A DNA stretch of 32,000 bases from Candidatus Saccharimonadota bacterium (GCA_001790095.1 MGBH01000001.1:360001-392000); one strand, 5' to 3'. Counted from the first letter of the stretch, positions 18,201 to 24,359 are shown. Notes: generated by a model not told the origin, from the sequence alone. Numbers and translations are program-made.

Positions 18201-18714
18201 CCTTTGGTGTTTTGATCAATGCCCCTATATGACCGAGATAGGGGACTGAAAAGAGAAACTGTCCTTTTATCATGGTTTGTGAGATGGTCCAGCTGTCGGG
18301 TGAGTTGTTATTATCTCCTTTTGTCATAAAGGTCTTTTCCTTCCCCGATTTGTTAACAGCGATGATTCTATGAAGTACGGTAAGTTTTGAGTCTTTAGGA
18401 GAAGTAAATGTTATTATGTCGCCTTTTTTGAGCTTGGTTGTCTCTGCGGGTTTTACAAATGCAACAGATCCTGCATGGATAGCCGATTCCATAGAGCCTG
18501 TGGCTACAATATATGTATATATATACTTCTTTGTGGGTAGAAGGGGTGAGAGGACTATGAGAAATGTAGCGATCAGCACGGCAAATATAGCCCACTCAAA
18601 TACTATGCCCACCGTCTTGAGTATCTTCCATACCTTTGCCGTATTGTTTTTTTCTACTTCTTTCTTAGCCATATAAATACTTATCTGACAGTAGGAAGCG
18701 GCGTCCCGCCTCAT
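15199..18714 (-). CDS. Fusion ORF: archaeal/ER-type signal peptidase I (SipW-like, S26B) joined to an internal SipW-class signal peptide and a ~920-aa multidomain passenger (FN3-like x3-4, CBM-like jelly roll, lamin-tail domain)
   Basis: SipW part (about aa 15-190, 18145-18672):
- TM helix, then ATGSMESAI (Ser box), VLHRII (His box), TKGDNNNSPD, then a second TM helix.
Junction (aa 213-256, 17947-18078):
- KKGKALLKNVILLAFILNGLVIYGVSEISRALFVSSSTASGVTF.
Passenger:
- Domain boundaries DNTAPPAP, DSVAPSP, DTQAPSQ.
- VVNGGLEDGLNGWT (CBM-like).
- LSWTAPGNDG...YDIRYS...YYFAIKAADEAPNWS (FN3).
- LIINELMWMG...DEWIELRNMTDRTIDLTGFKI (LTD).
The likely real start is ATG 18672 (MAKKEV). Confidence 0.8.
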   Translation of the reverse strand: MRRDAASYCQISIYMAKKEVEKNNTAKVWKILKTVGIVFEWAIFAVLIATFLIVLSPLLPTKKYIYTYIVATGSMESAIHAGSVAFVKPAETTKLKKGDIITFTSPKDSKLTVLHRIIAVNKSGKEKTFMTKGDNNNSPDSWTISQTMIKGQFLFSVPYLGHIGALIKTPKGFAAIVIFPALILAVLQIKTIKLGIDEEVERRTNQVLEKTKNKKGKALLKNVILLAFILNGLVIYGVSEISRALFVSSSTASGVTFSVKDFVPPPVPTLLSPTNNSYRNTSGLVMDWSDVTDYEDMHNPVYYIYQSARNPGFSPLAYTSGHLSASQIPAPGTPDGEYWWHVKACDTLDNCSDWTPAWKVIVDNTAPPAPTNLLWKKADGTIISCGGATNSYSIIADWDNVIDPFPGQIEKYEYFITYPKLDGTIGTWSTFVISSQYTGVFNAGQGVHTYKVRAYDKTNNISVWSSECSIVYDSVAPSPVSLSITGSYTKAVEEKVVNGGLEDGLNGWTTAGDVDVIASDTIPQLSPEPDLVINPYEGLSMAKIGNYTYPTDQGNKVWENRLMQSISGGAKSLSLHYNYASYDFAPFDDPGFFIRLNGQEVFKLDPSVLDDTDVGIATSSGWQQFYYDLSNYSDSENINLAIYAGNSYDDTRQSWGYVDAITTYFVSAPGHAIYTLSGTDSSSGINHYEYRIGGGSWQQTPSTFQVTEHGDHWVEYKAVDNAGNESLIYRVQIITDTQAPSQITDLQVDEIGANSATLSWTAPGNDGASGKAAKYDIRYSTSPIDLDNFETATSSGKSPVPNESGLEETIEILGLNPSTTYYFAIKAADEAPNWSDIYTTSSTTTPLSPATTVSPGDLIINELMWMGSSVSSADEWIELRNMTDRTIDLTGFKIQKYNGSTYVDMITLPSSFIEARGYYLIANYTPGSSDSQLRPLVTADLVTTSVDLAAGHLQLQLTDSLDNVLDSAWDYTYNLSDGEGEGLYDAVNLKYYSMERTSIPGDGTDPLNWYSCIDAQSYTDFFTVGVTGSDIRGTPRVENRSENEPYNRKLKQTIPPTPTLTLAPTVALDKNPKVILIFSETKDSIGFIVENITAYSELTYKLENSLTKKIIADNSSSEEVLSGQDKYEAKGIILETCSGGVCTKLTDTENLTLTVVLTDKEGKEILLETKP
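17947..18078 (-). other. Internal SipW-class signal peptide within the 1171-aa ORF
   Basis: It has a K-rich n-region, the h-region VILLAFILNGLVIYGV, then SEISRA|LFVSSSTASGVTF. This aligns with the N-terminus of the TasA-like protein (GGTAYA|LFSSSVTASGVTF). The DNA of the two segments is not similar, so conservation is at the protein level. Confidence 0.65.
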
Positions 18715-18738
18715 GCTGTCAAGAAGTACTTAATTAAG

Positions 18739-19299
18739 TTATGGCGCAACTTGAGTACCTGTGATCAACCAAGTTGTGGCAGTTGTTTTATTTGCTATGC
18801 TATTTCCTGCATCACTTGGAACCTGGACATAGATTCTCATCAATTTTTGCTCACTTTGAGCAAGTGTAATGGTGATATCTCTTTCTAAGGAATTCCAGTC
18901 TGCTAAGGTGTAGTATCCGCTACCAACAGCGCCTGCATCATCACCGATCCAAGCAGTGATAACTGGTGATAAGACACCCCAGTCACCGGTTGCTGCAGTT
19001 AGTCTTGCGCTTAAGCGAAGACTAATAGGCGATGTACTTGTGTTTCTTAAATAGAATTCGTTGTAACCGTTATATCCTGGATATAGATTCTGAAATGTGG
19101 TTGGAAAAGTTACATTTTGAGTCCATGTTGAAGCTGGTACGACGCCTGGTCCATTTGACCAAAACTCTAAGTTGGCATTACCAGTTGCAAACGTCACTCC
19201 GCTTGCCGTGACACTGCTTGAGAACAACGCATACGCTGTTCCACCGACAACAGCTGTTAACATAACCAATCCTAAGAATCCTGCTATTATTTTATTCAT
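18739..19299 (-). CDS. TasA/camelysin-like (Peptidase_M73 family-like) secreted protein with a SipW-class signal peptide; candidate major fibre subunit
   Basis: MNKIIAGFLGLVMLTAVVGGTAYALFSSSVTASGVTFATG parallels B. subtilis TasA ...LVGGGTWAAFND...ATFASGTLDL. The C-terminal block DAGNSIANKTTATTWLITGTQ parallels the TasA/CalY ...N.YQG....f.f.f.atQ end. It has the only strong SD in the window (AAAGGAGGTGA, 7 nt before the ATG). Confidence 0.7.
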   Translation of the reverse strand: MNKIIAGFLGLVMLTAVVGGTAYALFSSSVTASGVTFATGNANLEFWSNGPGVVPASTWTQNVTFPTTFQNLYPGYNGYNEFYLRNTSTSPISLRLSARLTAATGDWGVLSPVITAWIGDDAGAVGSGYYTLADWNSLERDITITLAQSEQKLMRIYVQVPSDAGNSIANKTTATTWLITGTQVAP

Positions 19300-19354
19300 A
19301 TATTTTCACCTCCTTTCAAATTAACTTAATCAAATTGTTAACAAACGAAAAGCA

Positions 19355-19392
19355 CAAAAAAAACCAACCTTGTTTTCAAAAAAACTTGGTTG
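19355..19392 (-). terminator. Intrinsic-terminator-like hairpin plus T8 (minus strand) between the sortase gene and the TasA-like gene
   Basis: The minus-sense sequence is CCAACC-AA-GTTTT-TTTG-AAAAC-AA-GGTTGG followed by TTTTTTTT (T-tract at 19362-19355). It lies downstream of a promoter-like element, so it could act as an attenuator rather than a simple terminator. Confidence 0.45.
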
Positions 19393-19420
19393 GCATGTGG
19401 CGTATACATGTGATTAGATC

Positions 19421-19449
19421 ATCCTACACCCTTTAAAAATATTTGTCAA
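19421..19449 (-). promoter_or_regulatory. Promoter-like element TTGACA-N17-TAGGAT (minus strand) upstream of the TasA-like gene
   Basis: -35 TTGACA at 19449-19444, a 17-nt spacer, -10 TAGGAT at 19426-19421 (4 of 6 matches to TATAAT). Confidence 0.4.
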
Positions 19450-19512
19450 GCGATAGTCTTACAGACGTATTAAATGTTGACATTACAACCTAAAAACTAT
19501 TACAGAATTTAT

Positions 19513-20202
19513 TTATTTAGTGAGCTGCGCATCGACGATAAGCCGCTTAAATGTAGTACCTGGGGGCCAGCAAGTCATAAGACTTATTGTTTTTTTTGTT
19601 TTATCTTGTTTTAAATATTTAAGTTCACTTGGCTCAACGATCTTACTGCCTGTTACTTTATATTTGAATTTATCTCCTTTATAAAATAGATAAATATCGT
19701 CGTTTGTTTTAAGCTTAGTTAAAAGATAAAAAATAGCATTATATCTGTTTGCTTGATGCCAATTTGCAGCAGAATGCGCAAAGATAAAGGTATTGCCGTA
19801 TTCTCCAGGATATGCCGTGTCACGAGCATGCGCCACTCCTTTGGTAAGTTGTAACTGATACTCTTTTTCATTAAACGGGCTTACGTTGGCAATAACGGGT
19901 GAATTGGCACCTATCTTAGGTATCACTAATCCGTATTGTTCATCAACCGGTTCGATCACCTTATTACTTGTTATCAAGGTTGGCTTTTCTTCATTTTTTG
20001 AGAGGACAAGAAAATTGTTCACTCCTGGTTTTAAATAGAAAGATATTTCTTGAAACAAGACAGGATAATATATAAGAGTAAGAAGGACTAATCCGGCGGA
20101 AATAAATGCAAATCCACCGACCATCAACAAACGATGTATGTGATTTGGCTTAAAGCCATTCTTTTTTACTTTTTTCCGAATTTCTTTTTTTGTTTTTGAC
20201 AT
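19513..20202 (-). CDS. Sortase-family cysteine transpeptidase
   Basis: It has a basic N-terminus and one TM helix. Motifs seen: LVIPKIG, GNTFIFAHS (catalytic His), ISLMTCWPPGT (TLxTC-type catalytic Cys), KRLIVDAQL (Arg). Starting at 20202 overlaps the upstream ORF tail by 53 nt in an A-rich, Lys-coding stretch. Alternative start at ATG 20124. Confidence 0.85.
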   Translation of the reverse strand: MSKTKKEIRKKVKKNGFKPNHIHRLLMVGGFAFISAGLVLLTLIYYPVLFQEISFYLKPGVNNFLVLSKNEEKPTLITSNKVIEPVDEQYGLVIPKIGANSPVIANVSPFNEKEYQLQLTKGVAHARDTAYPGEYGNTFIFAHSAANWHQANRYNAIFYLLTKLKTNDDIYLFYKGDKFKYKVTGSKIVEPSELKYLKQDKTKKTISLMTCWPPGTTFKRLIVDAQLTK

Positions 20203-23200
20203 AATAAATAGCTCCTAAAATCAATGCTACTAAACCAAGTATGCTAAGTATAATCACCTTACGGTTAGCGACCCAGTTTAATGCATTAGAAAATACGTCT
20301 TTGTCCTTCTGAGTTTTCTCACCTAAGACACTTTCATTATTGTTAGATGTGTTTGCTCCGCTTGTTTCTTCTTGATTTACCTCTTCGGCACCTTGTACCT
20401 CTCCTTCAGTCTCACCTGCTGCAAGGGTGACATTGGTGACAGGAATTGCTCCGCCACCACCTGTGGTTGTCCCTGTACTTGTGCCGGGATTTGAGACAGT
20501 GGTTGTGGTGCCAGTGGTTGTAGTTGTGGTGGTTGTCACCGTGACACTATCTCCCACAAGACCTGAGCCATTGTCAGCACTATCAAAAGCTCTTAATACA
20601 TAGAAATAGGTTTTGTTACAGTCTCCGACAATATCATTATAGCTCCCATTTTGATTGGAACCAATAGATATTGTGGTACGTCTAGATCCTGAATCTGCTG
20701 TAAAGGAGGTATTTTCAGAACGATATACCTCTACTCTGGTTGTTTTGCCACCATCGTCTGCAGTGCGAAACATGATCTTGTATTCACAGGATGACACTTT
20801 TTCTTTTGCATAATTTGTCGGCGTACCTGGTCCGCTTGTATTATAGTCAACAGTTATGGTTTCACTCGTTGCAAAATCATCACTTGTTGTGGCTGTTGCA
20901 TAAAATTGAAAGGTACCATTTTCACTAATCATGCTTGATTCAAGAGGACATAATCCGCTGTTTCCGCCAGCTGTAACAGATATGTCACCACCTATTTGGT
21001 TATAAGCAGAGCTTGGCTTTTTCATGTAGCATCTTACGGTGACAGGTAAACCCTTAAGGTCCAATGTGACATAACCGAGATTAAAATCATTGATGCGGGA
21101 TGGGCTTTTTGGTTGTACAAGCCTCACGTGTAGATTAGTTACGGCTTGAACCCCACCGGAAACAGTTAAAAACAAAGCTGTTGCTATAACAAAAGCAGAA
21201 ATCCTCAAGGCAAATGTTTTTTTCTGGAATAAAGCTGAGATGAACATAGACAGTCCGATAAGTATCATGAGTCCTGATAGCATTACCCATATGCTTGGTG
21301 TGCCAGTTCCTGGCAGACCAGTTGAAGCACCAAGTACATCACCATTCTCAGTTACCTCTTTTTTTTCTTCTTTTCTCACATCTACACCAGAGGAATCTTG
21401 CTGGGTTTGATTTATACTTACTTTTGTACCTACAAATGTGTCAATTCCTGTAAACGTACCTGGGTCGACGGTGCCTGAATCTACGGCTTGAGCAAGCAGG
21501 GCGTCAGAGCTTTCAATGGTGCATTCGGTACTTGTTGTACACCCAACAGCCCATGCAAGATCTTTATAGAGTCCTGGTTTTTGACTACCATCAATTACGG
21601 CGGTATACACAAGTTCGATAATGTCCCCAGCATCTGTATCTCCAATCTGCCATTCACCAGGGGAATGATATTGAGGTTCTGGAATAGCAAACTCAACTCC
21701 ATTTTTATATGTTTTCCAGCTTCCAGCCTTATAGGTAAATCCGGAAGGTGGAAGATCAGTTACCACAACGTCCTTGACTCCGTAGTCTAATATCTTCAAA
21801 GTAAGTTTGTATACGACTTCATTACCAGGAGTTGTATCATTTGGCCACGTTGTATTGAATTTGGACAAAGTCATGTATGGTTCAATATGTCTGTTGCCGA
21901 TATAGCAATGGACTACTTCTCCCACATTAACAGTAACACTGTGAAGATTGTCATTGTCTTCATGTGATTCATCACCATCACAATACATGGTGGTTTGAGT
22001 CCATCCTGGTTGAGATTCAAGGTCTTCACTAAAATCATAGACACCCTCTGGTAGTTCAAAACTCACCTCACCGGATTCGGTAGTGGTCTTTATTACTTCG
22101 TTAAGAATTATATTCCAGCCTGATAAATAAGTATCAACATCCTGATCTATATATGAGTCGCCGTCAACATCTTCAAATTTGGTTACTATAACCTGTCCAG
22201 TTGTCGGGGTGACTGTTGGACCAACTTTAAAGTTATCAGTTTTTGAACAATCACTTGGGAAATCTGGGCTTGAGCTTACCCAAACCTTATATTCACCGCC
22301 TGGATTTGAAGTATCTGCAAAAGCTGTCAATTCAAAGAGGTTATAGCATTGTTCGAAACTACCATCAACCACTGTGATTGAAGGTGTGTTGCTTTGACCA
22401 AGCAAAGTGCCGTCTGGCTCAGTCACTTTTACATAATACTGCCCGTCAGGTAGACCCGATCCGTTACCGTTTGGCCCACCGTTCAAATAAACATCTGTCT
22501 TTAATGCGTAATTCACATTTTCATTTACCACTTCACAATACCTATCGGTTGTCCATACAGCTCCATTTAAGTGTTCACAGGATGGAGCGGATGAAGAGGA
22601 AGAAGAGGATGAACTCGAGGATGAACTCGTGGATGAACTTGAAGATGAGCTGCTAGAGGAGGAAGACGAAGATGAACTAGAACTACTTGAAGAAGAAGAC
22701 GAAGAGGTTGATGAACTACTTGAACTACTTGATGAAGAACTTGATGAAACAGAGGTTGGTGTTGGTGTTACTCCATTGATTGAATATACACAGTCTGAAG
22801 GATCCGAATTTGGCTCACCTGATGGATAAGAACAAACATCAAGAAGTGTAGCGTTTGTACCACCACCGATGTCAGCCATCTGTACTGTGCATGTTGCAAC
22901 AGCATCATCCGGGTAATGATCTCCTTCTGGGTCAAATGGATCATCTGGCAACACGCTTACAGAACAAGAAGAAGTATTTGTGATTTCAGTAGCTTGCATA
23001 CATCTGTCGACCCTATCATTCCTACATGAGTAAAGAACCAATGAATCAAATTCTGCAGGGGTGTTTGTAACTGACACACATAAAGAATAGTTTGCAAAAC
23101 CATCACCGTCTGTATCAAAGAGACTACATCCGTCTCCAGTATTTGCTCCTGTCCATCCTATTTCATCCCACTGCATTTTCATTTCAAAATAAACATCCAT

Positions 23201-24280
23201 TTCAGAATTATCAAAACACATACGAGTCATGTCTTTTTGACCTGGTTCATCATTGGGCCCTTCAGAATCTGCATAACATACCCAGTTTGCATCTGTGAAT
23301 GTTGTTGTAGCAACGAGTACGCCTAACTGGTCTTTTACCTCAACCTTATAGTTTGGTCTGTATATCCCGTCAAGCTGATAGGTATATGTGAATGTGCCAA
23401 ATGCGTCAGTTGTGGTTGATCCTACCGTATATACGGCTGGTGCATCGTCAGATGAAACCACTATGGTGTAGGTATAGCCAGGGGTAAAATTCTCACCCGT
23501 GATAACTGCTTTTTCAGTCGGAGCATAGTCACTCTTGTCTGTCCAAACTGATGGATCAACATATGCTTGATTATTGCTTTCAATTATTGTTATCTGTATT
23601 GTTTCATCGCCGGTTTCTAAATTAGCGCCCTGTGTGGGTGCAACAGTGACAGTAGGAGAAATCTGTGTTGATATGCCATCAAGTATTTCACCTTTTTCAA
23701 CTACTGTAGGAGTGGGCTGCAGTGCTGGGGTAGAAGTAATGGTTGGAGAAACTTCAAGATCCTTGCCATTTTCAATCCAATATTTTTCATCGTCTGTCAT
23801 CTCAGTTACAGAGCCGACCGTATCTTCTTTCTCGATTCTTATCTCACCATTTTCCAAAAGAAATCTTTGTATTCTAAACCAGTTCTGATTTGCTAAATTG
23901 ACTTTCAAAATACCTCTTGGAACAGTATGATTTATGCATGTTCCATGCGTTGAGCAGGTTTTTGCTTCCAGTTCCTTTATAAAATTTTCAATCCCAAGTT
24001 CAGTTTCACCTTGAACCGCCTCAATCTGATTAGTTGAGTTAGGAGAATCATTTTTGTAAAGAAGCGAATACGTAATTTTTCCTGAAGTAATGCTGTTTTC
24101 TTTTGTGTTTATCTCAAACTTAAACGCTCCTTTTTGACTTTCATATCCAAGTTTTACCGATAAAGGCTCAGATGAAAAAACGTACTGCGGTACGATATAG
24201 AGGTAGGGAGTAAGTGTGTTAAAAAGAAGAGATAAGATTGTTAAAAAGCCAAAAGCCTTGCGAAGAATTTTTTGTCTCAT
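20150..24280 (-). CDS. Giant surface protein with an internal LPGTG sortase signal (aa 989-993), followed by a second ectodomain and a C-terminal TM anchor
   Basis: Order along the protein:
- N-terminal signal-like helix.
- Ig/Big-like modules.
- A Cys- and Asp-rich region (DTDGDGF).
- A ~55-aa Ser tract.
- A Cna-B/SdrD-B-like module (VIVTKFEDVDGDSYID...GW...).
- A DUF11-like repeat (VTDLPPSGFTY).
- LPGTG, a 25-aa hydrophobic stretch and QKK.
- TFALRISAFVIATALFLTVSGGVQA.
- Two FN3-like modules.
- A Thr-rich linker.
- TM helix VIILSILGLVALILGAIYYV followed by KNKKRNSEKSKKEWL. Confidence 0.85.
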   Translation of the reverse strand: MRQKILRKAFGFLTILSLLFNTLTPYLYIVPQYVFSSEPLSVKLGYESQKGAFKFEINTKENSITSGKITYSLLYKNDSPNSTNQIEAVQGETELGIENFIKELEAKTCSTHGTCINHTVPRGILKVNLANQNWFRIQRFLLENGEIRIEKEDTVGSVTEMTDDEKYWIENGKDLEVSPTITSTPALQPTPTVVEKGEILDGISTQISPTVTVAPTQGANLETGDETIQITIIESNNQAYVDPSVWTDKSDYAPTEKAVITGENFTPGYTYTIVVSSDDAPAVYTVGSTTTDAFGTFTYTYQLDGIYRPNYKVEVKDQLGVLVATTTFTDANWVCYADSEGPNDEPGQKDMTRMCFDNSEMDVYFEMKMQWDEIGWTGANTGDGCSLFDTDGDGFANYSLCVSVTNTPAEFDSLVLYSCRNDRVDRCMQATEITNTSSCSVSVLPDDPFDPEGDHYPDDAVATCTVQMADIGGGTNATLLDVCSYPSGEPNSDPSDCVYSINGVTPTPTSVSSSSSSSSSSSSSTSSSSSSSSSSSSSSSSSSSSSSSSSTSSSSSSSSSSSSSAPSCEHLNGAVWTTDRYCEVVNENVNYALKTDVYLNGGPNGNGSGLPDGQYYVKVTEPDGTLLGQSNTPSITVVDGSFEQCYNLFELTAFADTSNPGGEYKVWVSSSPDFPSDCSKTDNFKVGPTVTPTTGQVIVTKFEDVDGDSYIDQDVDTYLSGWNIILNEVIKTTTESGEVSFELPEGVYDFSEDLESQPGWTQTTMYCDGDESHEDNDNLHSVTVNVGEVVHCYIGNRHIEPYMTLSKFNTTWPNDTTPGNEVVYKLTLKILDYGVKDVVVTDLPPSGFTYKAGSWKTYKNGVEFAIPEPQYHSPGEWQIGDTDAGDIIELVYTAVIDGSQKPGLYKDLAWAVGCTTSTECTIESSDALLAQAVDSGTVDPGTFTGIDTFVGTKVSINQTQQDSSGVDVRKEEKKEVTENGDVLGASTGLPGTGTPSIWVMLSGLMILIGLSMFISALFQKKTFALRISAFVIATALFLTVSGGVQAVTNLHVRLVQPKSPSRINDFNLGYVTLDLKGLPVTVRCYMKKPSSAYNQIGGDISVTAGGNSGLCPLESSMISENGTFQFYATATTSDDFATSETITVDYNTSGPGTPTNYAKEKVSSCEYKIMFRTADDGGKTTRVEVYRSENTSFTADSGSRRTTISIGSNQNGSYNDIVGDCNKTYFYVLRAFDSADNGSGLVGDSVTVTTTTTTTTGTTTTVSNPGTSTGTTTGGGGAIPVTNVTLAAGETEGEVQGAEEVNQEETSGANTSNNNESVLGEKTQKDKDVFSNALNWVANRKVIILSILGLVALILGAIYYVKNKKRNSEKSKKEWL
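21218..21316 (-). other. Complete cell-wall sorting signal (LPGTG, hydrophobic helix, QKK) at an internal position
   Basis: LPGTG is encoded at 21316-21302. TPSIWVMLSGLMILIGLSMFISALF and QKK follow, down to 21218. The ORF continues in frame with no stop. Confidence 0.8.
22589..22753 (-). repeat. Ser-tract coding region (aa 510-564; about 55 residues, nearly all Ser, interrupted by V and T)
   Basis: SVSSSSSSSSSSSSSTSSSS...SSSS then APSC. It uses mixed TCN and AGY codons rather than a pure trinucleotide repeat. The antisense frame gives a spurious E/D/L-rich ORF (22629-22829). Confidence 0.9.
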
Positions 24281-24321
24281 AAGAAGCGTTTTTAAATTAA
24301 ATTAAGTAACTGTAACAACTC

Positions 24322-24352
24322 AAAAAAAAATCGCTAATCTTTTTCAATTAGC
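24322..24352 (-). promoter_or_regulatory. Short hairpin GCTAAT-N8-ATTAGC followed by GA plus T9 in the 5' leader of the giant LPGTG gene
   Basis: Stem arms at 24352-24347 and 24338-24333, T9 at 24330-24322 (minus sense). The stem is weak (6 bp, AT-rich), so function is uncertain. Confidence 0.3.
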
Positions 24353-24359
24353 TTATAAT

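Noticed and set aside
22629-22829. 66-aa acidic ORF on the plus strand (MDELEDELLEEEDEDELELLEEEDEE...)
   Set aside because: It is the antisense reading of the poly-Ser tract. AGC/TCN Ser codons read backwards give GAx and CTx codons. It has no promoter or SD and lies entirely inside a well-supported 1376-aa gene.
15199-24280. Diversity-generating retroelement targeting the giant surface proteins
   Set aside because: No reverse transcriptase ORF is present, and I could not identify a template/variable repeat pair by eye. This cannot be excluded without a computational self-alignment.
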